Of a stretch of DNA of 64,000 bases, positions 25,508 to 36,384 are shown in pieces. The position numbers and the translations under genes were made by a program. The notes under the pieces were generated by a model. It worked only from the letters and a program-made list of their open reading frames with translations, ran no database searches and was not told the DNA's origin. Numbering within the stretch: the stretch's first letter is position 1; every line of letters begins with the position of its first letter. Source of the DNA: Squalus acanthias (Eukaryota); the NCBI GenBank assembly GCA_030390025.1, contig CM059433.1, forward strand, positions 6,760,001-6,824,000, written 5' to 3'.

Positions 25508-25873
25508 TGTATCTCTGCAATCCCCTCCTCCTCCCCCTCTCTCCCTCCCCTCCCCGAGATATCTGCGCTCCTCTAATTCTGCCCTCTTGAGCATCCCTGA
25601 TTATAATCGCTCAACCTTTGGCGGCCGTGCCTTCTGTTGCCTGGGCCCTAAGCTCTGGAATTCCCTGCCTAAACCTCTCCGCCTCGCTACCTCTCTTTCC
25701 TCCTTTAAGACGCTCCTTGAAACCTACCTCTTTGACCAAGCTTTTGGTCACCTGCCCTAATTTATCCTTATGTGGTTCGGTGTCAAATGTTTTGTCTTAA
25801 AATATTCCTGTGCAGCGCCTTGGGACGTTTTACTACGTTAAAGGCGCTATACAAATACAAGTTGTTGTTGTTG
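25508..25873 (+). mobile_element. L2 3' fragment
   Basis: High identity to 9760-10137, with a (ttg)n tail. Confidence 0.85.
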
Positions 25874-26549
25874 ATCCACTATGGAAAAATAACCCACAAC
25901 CCAAGAAAATCGTGTATTCACTAAGGCCGAACCAGGACAACTTTAAAAAAATAATCCGATTCCTTCTCCTGGCCTCCCGCCAGCGGCCATTGAGATTCAG
26001 GATCCCGTGCCTGGGCTGCACACCCCCTTCGCAACTTAAGCACAGCGCCAAAGGTACACACCTCACCCCACCCCACCCGAATACAGAAACTAATAAAGCT
26101 ACGAGGGCACAACCAGAGCCACCAGACAGCGAGTCTGTGGGCAAGCGCAGCAGTGTAACCTAACACTACCACCACTCCCCAGACTGAGTCCTCAGAGTCA
26201 GATACACACACACAAGTCAGACTACAGTGAAAGACTCACTCGCTATCGCACTCTACCATACACACCGCATCTTGTTCACTATGAATATAACAAATGTGAC
26301 ATTATATGACAATGTACAATCTACTCCTGATAATTCAAAAGTCATTTTTTACGCCCCCCCCTCCCCAAAATGTGAATTGTCCCAAAACTTGAATTAAATA
26401 ACTTTGAATTAAGGGGAGTACTGAAACCAGGGAACAATTGCATATAAAATAAACCCTCAGCTGTAACCTACAATGGCCGAGACACCTCGTGTGTGGAGGT
26501 GGATTGCACCCGTGGTCTACAGGTGTTTTGTACTCAAAAGTGAGGGTCA

Positions 26550-26942
26550 TAAAGCTAGGCTGACACTCCAGTGCAGTGCTGAGGGAGGTGCCAGCACTGT
26601 CGGAGGTGCCGTCTTTCAGATGAGACGTTAAACCGAGGCCCCGTCTGCTCTTTCAGGTGGATGTAAAAGATCCCCATGGGCACTATTTCGAAGAAGAGCA
26701 GGGGAGTTATCCCCGGTGTCCTGGGGCCAATATTTATCCCTCAATCAACATAACAAAAAACAGATTATCTGGGTCATTATCACATTGCTGTTTGTGGGAC
26801 CTTGCTGTGCACAAATTGGCTGCCGCGTTTCCTACATTATAACAGTGACTCCGCTTCAAATAGTACTTCATTGGCCGTAAAGTTCTTTGAGACGTCCGGT
26901 GGTCGTGAAAGGCGCTATATAAATGCAAGTCTTTCTTTCTTT
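26550..26942 (+). mobile_element. Deu-domain SINE, 5'-truncated
   Basis: Same family in + orientation, ending ggcgctatataaatgcaagtctttctttctttt. Confidence 0.85.
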
Positions 26943-27389
26943 TAGCCACGTGGACTCTCCAGCCGGCCGAGGCTCTCACTACAGGTAGACCAGAGCCTGA
27001 TGGATTCATAGAAATCAAGGTCGTCAGATGAAATTCAGACCCCTACATGATTTTAACTGGAAAAAAAAAGCTAAAAGTCTGGCCCATCGCCAGGCGGGAT
27101 TGGTTCAGTCAGGAGTATTTAAAGAGCTCAGGAGCTGCAGGCACTCAGATCAGCGGCATCTGTGTGTTTCAGATCTCGTTGGGAGTCGGAGTGAGTTGTG
27201 ACTTTGGAAATTGCTTGTTTGTGATTCTTCCTTTTGGTTAGTTGCCCTCAATAAGCAGCGAGACCTTATAATGGGCGGTGCTCTAGCTGCGCGGTACTGG
27301 AGGAGGAGGAGGAGAGCAACAGCAGCAAAAGAGCCCTCAACAATCAGGAGGAGCTGCAGTTGGATTTCTGAGAAGACAGCAGGTGAGGG

Positions 27390-27745
27390 GAACCAGCTGG
27401 CCGAAGGGCTCACCCACCCAACAGGGTCTACAGGATGACGGGTGACCTTTCTAGAAATGTCTGAGGAGGCTGCATTTCTCAAGGCAAGGTTGTCCCTGAC
27501 CCTAGCAACCTCCTGCAGGGAGACCGGCTGCGCCAAGGATTGCCCTGCCTTGCCAGTGGCTGTAAAAGGTGACAACTGCCCTGAGCTTCTTTGCCTCAGG
27601 GTTGTTCCAGGGTACTGCCGTGGACATTTCACGCAGCTCGCAGTCAGCCACCCGCAAGTGCGTCAAGGAGGTGACCGATGCTTTATATTTCCCAGGGTGG
27701 ACCACCAATGCATATCGTTTCGCATTGACGACCGCAGTCAAAGCG
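27390..27745 (+). pseudogene. Decayed PIF/Harbinger (HARBI1-like) transposase fragment
   Basis: Across frameshifts it reads RRAHPPNRVYR..TFLEMSEE...ALPVAVK/VTTALSFFASGLFQGTAVDISRSSQSATRKCVKEVTDALY, resembling the N-terminal helical region of Harbinger DDE transposases. Confidence 0.75.
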
Positions 27746-27864
27746 AGACCCCCCCCCCGCAGTCCGCAAGGGACACACACTGCACCACGCCCCCCCCCGC
27801 TAAATGGTTAGTTCTTTAAAGAAAGTGGTTTATATCTGAAGGCAAGAGGTTTCTGGTTCCGTAC

Positions 27865-27976
27865 CAATGTCAATGCAGCGCTGTTTCGCAGTGTGCTGCC
27901 GGGAGTGCCAGTATTTCCAGTGCCTCAGTTGCTCATCACGGATTTTATCATCACCAAAAACAACCATTATCACGCT
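27865..27976 (-). CDS. GRHL1: GRHL1 coding exon 7
   Basis: Translates [37 protein letters not shown](A). Acceptor gttttcag, donor G|gtacgg; 112 bp. Confidence 0.97.
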
Positions 27977-28419
27977 CTGAAAACAGAAGAAAATTCAGAT
28001 TTATTCGTCACGATACGAAAGCGGAAACTTTTAATACCGAGACTACTTTTCACAGAAAGAAAATGATGCGTTGTGTCCCATATCCCTGCAGCCAATCCTT
28101 TCAAAAAAAAATTCGACATAGATTCTGACTTTGTACGATGGTGTAAAACTGGCAACAGTGAATGGGCAGTCCGTTCTGCAACTCTTCCCAAGACAATGGA
28201 AATTTTTAAAAATCGGGAGGGATGACCAACGTGCTGCCGATTTGCCATCACCCGTTTTACCACTACTGCACAAAGTCAAAATCGACTCCACTTAGAGAGA
28301 GGTCAGGGCTGTAGCTCAGTAGTAAAAATATTTCACAACGTGGATGCATCTTTCAAGGACTATGTCAAGAAGTGTTTTTTTAAAAAAAACATTTATTTCT
28401 TAAATAAATTTAAAATTTT

Positions 28420-28651
28420 ATCACCCAGAGGGTGGTGGGGGTCTGGAACTCACTGTCCGAAAGGGTGGTAGAGGCAGAGACCCTCATCGTATTTAAAAAG
28501 TACTTGGATGTGCACCTGAAGAGCCGTAACCTACAGGGCTACGGACCTAGAGCTGGAAGGTGGGATTAGGCTGGTTTAGCTCTTTGTCGGCCGGCACGGA
28601 CAAGATGGGCGAACGGCCTCCTTCTGTGTCGTAATGTTTCTATGATTCTAT
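28420..28651 (+). mobile_element. CR1 3' end (second subfamily)
   Basis: Matches 56130-56357. Confidence 0.85.
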
Positions 28652-28738
28652 GGTGTTACAGTACTAGTCCAGTTAACAATTAGAACAACTTATTACAACA
28701 AAGTATCGCTGAAATTCACACGAAACGTTAACACTTAC

Positions 28739-28895
28739 TCTGACTTTGCTGACTGGGTGATGGATTTCTTTGTTGGAACCCACTTCTTTGAGTGTGATGG
28801 GATAAAACTGCCCCTTGTTCAGGTACGTCATGGTTCCGTCACCCGTCTTCTGTTTCAGGGACTTGGACGCTTCCAGCACATATTCAAATGTACTT
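28739..28895 (-). CDS. GRHL1: GRHL1 coding exon 6 (start of the CP2/Grh DNA-binding domain)
   Basis: Translates [52 protein letters not shown]. Acceptor ttttacag, donor AGA|gtaagt; 157 bp. Confidence 0.97.
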
Positions 28896-29049
28896 CTGTA
28901 AAATAGCAAATAAGAAACTGAACCATATAGCCAATGCTCAGTTACAAAGCTTAGCATTATTCTACTCAGCTTACATACGTCTATGTATTTCCTCTTGGAA
29001 ATAATTAACATGGATCTCCAATTCTTGAGAGCAGAAGATGTCGTTTCTC

Positions 29050-29600
29050 GCTGCCCTGGTAGCTCAACTGATGAAGTGACTGAGCAACACAGACCTGGAG
29101 AGTTCTGGGTTCGAGCCCCTGGTTAGAAGGATACACTGACAGGGTTAGATGAAGAGGGGCGGGAGGAGGCTCAAGTGGAGCATAAACGCCAGCATGGACC
29201 ATTTGGGCCGAATGGCCTGTTTCTGTGCTGTAAAAATCAATGTAATTCTATACAATGGGGTGTGCCGAGGCAGCAGGAGTCGGGGCGCTATATTTGATGT
29301 CAACAGCCCCGGGCCAGGTAGGGGAAAATTGGTCAGGGTTCCCACTACTCATTGCTCTCCAGCAACCTCCGCTGGATGTGTACATTGATGTCATGGGAGG
29401 ACAGATTCAGGCTCAGCCTCGATACACTCCACAGTTGAATAGCCTGCTGACACTCGCCATCTAGGCTCACATATGAGGAATGGTCAATTGGATGAGGTAC
29501 CAGAGGGCGACCTGTGCCGATGGAACTGTAGCCCTGGAAGGAGTTAATGCTTTCAGGAAGGGAAAGGAAAGAGATGGGAAAGTAGGGGAGAAATCAGTGG
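29050..29600 (+). mobile_element. Old tRNA-headed SINE-like repeat (family not identified), with a small CR1 tail fragment inside
   Basis: tagctcaactg...gggttcgagccc (A/B-box-like). The body resembles reverse-complemented segments at 44700-44920, 51370-51975 and 37920-38040 (cagcaggaaccctggctgattt; gagcctag...gttcaactgtggag). Confidence 0.55.
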
Positions 29601-29609
29601 GGGAAAAAA

Positions 29610-30477
29610 TAGGGTGGAGTCCATGGTAGGGTGGAGTCCATGGTAGGGTGGAGTCCATGGTAGGGTGATGTCCATGGTAGGGTGGAGTCCATGGTAGGGT
29701 GATGTCCATGGTAGGGTGATGTCCATGGTAGGGTGATGTCCATGGTAGGGTGGAGTCCATGGTAGGGTGAAGTCCATGGTAGGGTGAAGTCCATGGTAGG
29801 GTGAAGTCCATGGTAGGGTGAAGTCCATGGTAGGGTGAAGTCCATGGTAGGGTGATGTCCATGGTAGGGTAGAGTCCATGGTAGGGTGGAGTCCATGGTA
29901 GGGTGATGTCCATGGTAGGGTGATGTCCATGGTAGGGTGGAGTCCATGGTAGGGTGGAGTCCATGATAGGGTAGAGTCCATGGTAGGGTGGAGTCCATGG
30001 TAGGGTAGAGTCCATGGTAGGGTGAAGTCCATGGTAGGGTGAAGTCCATGGTAGGGTGAAGTACATGGTAGGGTGAAGTCCATGGTAGGGTGAAGTCCAT
30101 GGTAGGGTGAAGTCCATGGTAGGGTGAAGTCCATGGTAGGGTGATGTCCATGGTAGGGTGGAGTCCATGGTAGGGTGGGGTCCATGGTAGGGTGGAGTCC
30201 ATGGTAGGGTGGAGTCCATGGTAGGGTGAAGTCCATGGTAGGGTGAGTCCATGGTAGGGTGAAGTCCATGGTAGGGTGAAGTCCATGGTAGGGTGATGTC
30301 CATGGTAGGGTGGAGTCCATGGTAGGGTGGGGTCCATGGTAGGGTAGAGTCCATGGTAGGGTGAAGTCCATGGTAGGGTGAAGTACATGGTAGGGTGAAG
30401 TCCATGGTAGGGTGATGTCCATGGTAGGGTGGAGTCCATGGTAGGGTGGGGTCCATGGTAGGGTGGAGTCCATGGTA
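29610..30477. repeat. 17-bp minisatellite, ~51 units, consensus CCATGGTAGGGTG(G/A)AGT
   Basis: Direct tandem units, with variation almost confined to a 3-nt slot (gga/gaa/gat/aga/ggg); one 16-bp unit. Confidence 0.98.
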
Positions 30478-31267
30478 AGATAGATTGCACTTGGTCTGTG
30501 GTAGAAATGAGCTTGATGGGCTGAATGGCCTTTCCTGATTCCTTGCTTTCCTCTCACAGAGAAACAATCACTTCTTGCTAAACATCACTCAGCTCAGCAC
30601 TGACCTAATGTTTGAACAGCCCTGAAAACATCTACGGAACATCTAGAAACCCTGCGAATGCCACAAAAGAAATGGTCCTCTGCTCAGTGTTCATGTGAAA
30701 TATTGGTCTTTATTTATTACAAAGATCAAGCTACTGTCAAAGTGTTGGTCTTTGTGATAAAGAGGGTACAAGCCATCGTGAGGGGGTTCTTGATGATTGC
30801 CAGTACATTGTCTCAGCTACGGAGCGACAATGTACTCTCTGGTCCTGACACCACAGAAAGATCAGCTACAGTAATTGTGCGTGAGTTGCTATGGTTATAG
30901 CCAACAGTCTCTGAGGCCGAGTGCCATTTTGAAGTTTTGTTGAACAGCTAATGGACCACAGAAAGTAGTACTGATCGGATTCTGTATTCCGCAATAGATT
31001 CGTAGACTGTTACGCCACAGGAACAGGCCATTTGACCCATCAAGCCTTTGCTGGTGCTTCTCTCCACATGAGCCACCTGGGTCTAATCCTACCTTCCTGC
31101 TTAATGTGAGGCACTATCCATTTATCACGCGCCATTGCTGGCTGCATACACTGTATAAAAAGTCCTGTAACTCACCATTGCACACAATGTAGGAACATTT
31201 CAGACTTGCGAGTGTTAGCAATTAAGAGACTACTGAAGTATTTGAAATGCAATTATCAATACATATC

Positions 31268-31600
31268 TTTTTTTTAAATTCATTTTTATGGGATGTGGGA
31301 GTCGCTGGTAAGACCAGCATTTATTGCCCATCCTTAAATGCCCTTGAGAAGGTGGTGGTGAGCCGCCGCCTTCTTGAACCACTGCAGTCCGTGTGGTGAA
31401 GGTACTCCCACAGTGCTGTTAGGTAGGGAGTTCCAGTATTTTAATCCAGCGACGATAAAGGATCGGTCGATATATTTCCAAGTCAGGATGGTGTGTGACT
31501 TGGAGGGGAACTTGGAGGTGGTGGTGTTCCCATGCACCTGCTGCCCTTGTCCTTCTAGGTGGAAGAGGTCGCGGGTTTGGGAGGTGCTGCCGAAGAAGCC
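31268..31600 (-). mobile_element. Same LINE family as 7663, 3' fragment
   Basis: Reverse complement of ~8080-8400; ends ~60 bp from the exon 5 donor. Confidence 0.85.
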
Positions 31601-31663
31601 TGTATATTATACATGTATATTAAGCTCCCACATAAAGATGACAGGAGCATTTTAAATACATAC

Positions 31664-31740
31664 CTCATTCGATCAAAGGCATACCCCTCCGAAACCATGG
31701 TGGGCATTCGAATGTGGTGATCGGTAGGATAGCCAAACAC
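31664..31740 (-). CDS. GRHL1: GRHL1 coding exon 5
   Basis: Translates VFGYPTDHHIRMPTMVSEGYAFDRM(R) (cf. VFFPSDLSLRMPGMNSEDYVFD). Acceptor cagcag, donor AG|gtatgt; 77 bp; phases fit. Confidence 0.88.
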
Positions 31741-31934
31741 CTGCTGATGTAACAAAACAGAGAAACATGGAATGAAAAAAGGCCACTCAGCCCATGACAG
31801 CACTCCTTCCACAGACTTTGTACTATTTATCCTATCGTGGACTCCAATTTCTTTAATCATGCGAGGGAAAGTTCTGTAAAATTTCGCCCTGACCCCAAAA
31901 GTAATGATAACCGTACAACCTATGTTACATAAGG

Positions 31935-33737
31935 ACATAAGAAATAGGACCAGGAGTAGGCCAATCGGCCCCTCGAGCCTGCTCCGCCATTCAATAAGAT
32001 CATGGCTGATCTGATCCTAACCTCAAATCTAAAGAACACAAGAAGTAGGAGCAGGACCCGGCCACTCAGCCACTGGGCCCGCTCCGCCACCCACAGGGCC
32101 TTGACCGATCCGAACTCAGCCTCATGTCCAATTTCCTGCCCGCTCCCCGTAACCCCTAATTCCCTTTACTTTAGGAAACTGTGTATTTCTGTTTTAAATT
32201 TATTTAATGATGTAGCTTCCACAGCTTCCCGGGGCAGCAAATTCCACAGACCTACTACCCTCTGAGTGAAGAAGTTTCTCCTCATCTCAGTTTTGAAAGA
32301 GCAGCCCCTTATTCTAAGATTATGCCCCCTAGTTCTAGTTTCACCCATCCTTGAGAACATCCTTACCGCATCCACCCGATCAAGCCCCTTCACAATCTTA
32401 TATGTTTCAATAAGATCGCCTCTCATTCTTCTGAACTCCAATGAGCAACACGGTGGCATAGTGGTTAGCACTGTTGCCTCACAGAGACCCGGGTTCGAAT
32501 CCGGCCTTGGGTGACTGTCTGTGTGGAGTTTGCACATTCTCCCCGTGTCTGCGTTGGTTTCCTCCGGGTGCTCCGGTTTCCTCCCACAGTCCAAAGATGT
32601 GCGGGTTAGGTTGATTTGGCTATGATAAATTGACCCTTAGTGTTAGGGGGATTAAATACGTGGGGTTACGGGGATAGGGTGGGATATGTGTCGGTGCAGG
32701 CTCGATGGGCCGAAATGGCCTCTATCTGCATTGTGGGGATTCTGTGATTCTGAGTAGAGTCCCAATCTACTCAACCTCTCCTCATATGTCCACCCCCTCA
32801 TCCCCGGGATTAACCGAGTGAACCTTCTTTGTACTGCCTCGAGAGCAAGTATGTCTTTTCTTAAGTATGGACACCAAAACTGTACGCAGTATTCCAGGTG
32901 CGGTCTCACCAATACCTTATATAACTGCAGCAATACCTCCCTGTTTTTATAATCTATCCCCCTAGCAATAAAAGCCAACATTCCGTTGGCCTTCTTGATC
33001 ACCTGCTGCACCTGCATACTAACTTTTTGATTTTCTTGCACTAGGACCCCCAGATCCCTTTGTACTGCAGTACTTTCCAGTTTCTCGCCATTAAGATAAT
33101 AACTTGCTCTCTGATTTTTCCTGCCAAAGTGCATAACCTCACATTTTCCAATATTGTATTGCATCTGCCAAATCTCCGTCCACTCACCCAGCTGTCTATA
33201 TCCCCTTGTAGGTTTTTTATGTCCTCCTCACTTTCTACATTCCCTCTCATCTTTGTATCATCTGCAAACTTTGATATGTTACACTCGGTCCCCTCCTCCA
33301 AATCGTTAATATAGATTGTAAAGAGTTGGGGACCCAGCACCGACCCCTGCGGAACACCACTGGCTACTGGTTGCCAGTCCGAGAATGAACCATTTATCCC
33401 AACTCTCTGCTTCCTGTTAGATAACCAATCCTCCACCCATGCCAGAATATTACCCCCAATCCAGTGATTTTTTATCTTGAGCAATAATCTTTTATGTGGC
33501 ACCTTGTCGAATGCCTTCTGGAAGTCTAAATACACTATGTCCACTGGTTCCCCTTTATCCACCCTGTACGTTATGTCCTCAAAGAACTCAAGCAAATTTG
33601 TCAGACATGATTTCCCCTTCATAAAGCCATGCTGACTTTGTCCTATTAAATTATGTTTATCTAAATGTTCCGTTACTGTCTCCTTAATAATAGACTCCAA
33701 AATTTTACCCACCACAGATGTTAGGCTAACTGGTCTG
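31935..33737 (-). mobile_element. CR1 fragment with most of the reverse transcriptase domain
   Basis: RPVSLTSVVGKILESII...QHGFMKGKSCLTNL...YLDFQKAFDKVPH...GVPQGSVLGPQLFTIYINDL...FADDTK; one frameshift and a V-SINE insertion. Confidence 0.93.
32446..32750 (+). mobile_element. V-SINE (HE1-like) inserted into a CR1
   Basis: Same head and V-domain as 17764; flanked by TGAG (32442-32445 / 32751-32754); the host CR1 resumes afterwards. Confidence 0.85.
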
Positions 33738-34171
33738 CTGGACCACCGGGGAGCGGGGTGCCAGGAAGACAGCCCGGCACTCAAGAGGAGCGCCGGGCTG
33801 AGCGATCACGGCCGGCACCCCGAAGAAAATAGGGGAAGGGGGCAGGTGCTGGCAGTCGGCCCAAAAGAAATGGCCGCCCGACACCTGCCCTTTAAGTAGC
33901 GCCGCTGCGACTGCAAAAATGCCCCCTGACCCTGTCGGACATATCGTCTGGCGATGGGTTGGCAATCCAAGCTTGCGGCCGGGACTCTAGCGGGGCGCTG
34001 CGCACGGCGATGACGTCATCGCCGGCGGCACAGCGGGGCACTACTGGCTACTGCCGCCGCTAACCTCCCACTGAATTTCGCGGGAGGCGTCAGCGGCCCT
34101 GCGCCCGGGGATTTGCGCCCCGTTAGTGCACCCCGCTAACGAGAGGCGCAAATCAACCCAATTTTTCCCCC
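33738..34171. mobile_element. Right half of the 14725 MITE family
   Basis: gcccggcactcaagaggag...gccccctgaccctgtcggacat...ccgccgctaacctcc...gcaaatcaacccaatttttccccc aligns to ~14985-15416. Confidence 0.75.
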
Positions 34172-34189
34172 TGAAGGTCTTGAGAGACT

Positions 34190-34690
34190 ATTTGAAGAAA
34201 AGCAGCTCGAGGAACAGCACCTCATCTTTCGTTTAGGCACACTACAGCCCTCTGGACTCAATATCGAGTTCAACAATTTTAGATCATAACCTCAGCCCCA
34301 ATCACATTTATATTTTATTTTTTCATCCACCCTTTTGTTTACCCCCCCCCCCCTTTTTTTCCCTCCCAGAAGCTGGCAGCTGTCCTTCATTCTGCCAGTG
34401 CATTTCACACTTCATCTAGCCTCAACCTGTCACATTAACACCTCCTCTTGCCTTGAATATCTCTTAATGTCTCTTAATCTCTCCTTTTGTTCTTTCATCC
34501 CCTCCCCCTTTTCCCAGCTTTATCCTTGCCTTAAATCTATTTGATTTCCTGCTGTTTCCAGTTCTGACGAAGGGTCTTCGACCTGAAACGTTAACTCTGT
34601 TTCTCTCTCCACGCATGCTGCCTCTCCTGCTGAGTTTTTCCAGCGTTTTCTGTTGTTATTTCGGATTTCCAGCATCTGCAGTATTTTGCT
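34190..34690 (+). mobile_element. Penelope-like element 3' end, family B (GIY-YIG C-terminus plus hammerhead)
   Basis: Encodes KQLEEQHLIFRLGTLQPSGLNIEFNNFRS*, the typical end of Penelope GIY-YIG endonucleases. A pyrimidine-rich UTR follows, then cagtt-ctgacga-agggtcttcgacct-gaaa-cgtt-aact. Confidence 0.85.
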
Positions 34691-35907
34691 ATCGTTTTAG
34701 TTCTCTCGATATCCTGGCCAACATTCTTCCCACCGCCAAAAAGAGTTTAACTGATTATTTATCTCATTGCTGTTTTTGGGGACCACTTCGGGCAAAATGG
34801 CTGCATTTGCTTACATGGCAGCACTGACTGCACGTCAAAGTAACGCAGTGTATGTGAAGCGCCCTATGATATCCTGTGAGAAGGCATAAATGCAAGTTCG
34901 TTCCTTCTCTAAGTGGTGAGGGATGACACTGTGGGCTATAATTTCCTCTCTCCATTAACTTTAACAAAAATCAGATGGGAGTACAAACCAGAAAACATCA
35001 CCTTGTACTCCTGGCTGCTTTTCCACTTAAAAATCACCAAATGGGGCTAAATATACACCCACACGAATTGCAATTCCCCTTCCCATTAGTGGGACAGCAT
35101 CTTATCCACCAGCTGTGATTACAGAGAAGAAAACAGGAGCCAATGTCTGGGGTTTTCCACTTGCGCGTTCACCGGCCCCCCGCGATTATCCTCCCACACA
35201 TTTTATTAGACGGGGAAATCGTGGACTGGCAAGAGCAGGAGCAGAAAACCCGGACTGTGCATGCATTTCAAACTTTAATCCGAGGTCCTGCTCGGGTCGT
35301 AGGGAGGAGAATCGGACCTCAAGGTGCTGTCACAGCATTTGTGCTGGCCTCTACCCCTGATTCTGTGACAGTGCGGAGGCAGAACTAAATCACCAGCCTG
35401 ACTCGCACAGCGAAAAAATAATCCAAGTCTTTGGGAATAGTCCGAGCTTGTGAGGGGCATTATTTAAATGCAAGTCTTTCTTTCTTTATTGTTGATGGCA
35501 ACCACTTCAGAATTTTTTTTTAAATTGAGAAACATTGGCAAAGGGCCAAGGACTGTAGTACAGGACATCGGTAAGATTGAAAAGAGTAAGAGAGAAGGTG
35601 AGTCATATCGGGAAGTAGTGATTAGATGACATCAAGCATGGGTGTTAAAGGCTTATTTAGGTTGTCGAAGGGATAACAACAGTCCAGAACATTTACCACA
35701 TAACCTTTCCGCAGGTCCACTGTGCTCAGAGGTGAGCACACAATGTTCCAAGATGTTAATTATAGCTATATTTGAAGTTCTAAAGTTATCCTGCTTTTTA
35801 AACATAAAAGGGGTAGAGATTGGCTTTGGACAGCAGCGCAAAATGGGCAGTTTCACATCGTCCGGCTGTTATACGCCCGCCCGATATTCAGTTCCACTGA
35901 CTTTAAG

Positions 35908-36344
35908 ACAGAAGAAAGACTTGTATTTATATAGCCCCTTTCACAACCTCAGGAAGTCCCAAAGCGCTTTACAGTCAATGAAGTACTTTTGAAGTGTGGT
36001 CACAGTTGTAATGTAGAAAACGCGGCAGCCAATGTGATAATGACCAGATAATCTGTTTTCGTGATGTTGGTTGAGGGATAAATATTGGCCAGGACACCGG
36101 GGAGAACTCCCCTGCTCTTCTTCAAAATAATGCCGTGGGATCTTTTACCTCCACCCGAGAGAGCAGACGGGGCCTCGGTTTAACGTCTCATCCAAAAGAC
36201 GGCACCGCCGACAGTGCGGCACTCCCTCAGCACTGCACTGGAGTGTCAGCCTAGATTTTTGTGCTCAAGTCCCTGGAGTGGGACTTGAACCCACGACCTT
36301 CTGACTCAGAGGCGAGTGTGCTACCCACTGAGCCACGGCTGACA
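35908..36344 (-). mobile_element. Deu-domain SINE (small internal deletion)
   Basis: Same family; lacks the ttgcgcacagcaagctcccacaaacagcaat segment. Confidence 0.85.
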
Positions 36345-36384
36345 CAGGCGGCCGATGCCAAACCACACGTTTTGCACTACCGAC

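Noticed and set aside
29467..30567. Three long overlapping ORFs (298-366 aa) of PYHGLHPTMDFTLPWTS repeats; also a superficial CRISPR-like look
   Set aside because: Artefact of a stop-free 17-bp tandem unit cycling through all frames. There are no unique spacers, no cas genes, and the context is a vertebrate intron.
30732..30765. Plus-strand peptide YCQSVGLCDK resembling GRHL exon 9 YCQIKVFCDK
   Set aside because: Wrong strand and position, and the flanking residues do not match; treated as coincidence.
33041..33784. Reverse transcriptase ORF as an active or domesticated gene
   Set aside because: 5'-truncated CR1 with a frameshift after FADD and a SINE insertion.
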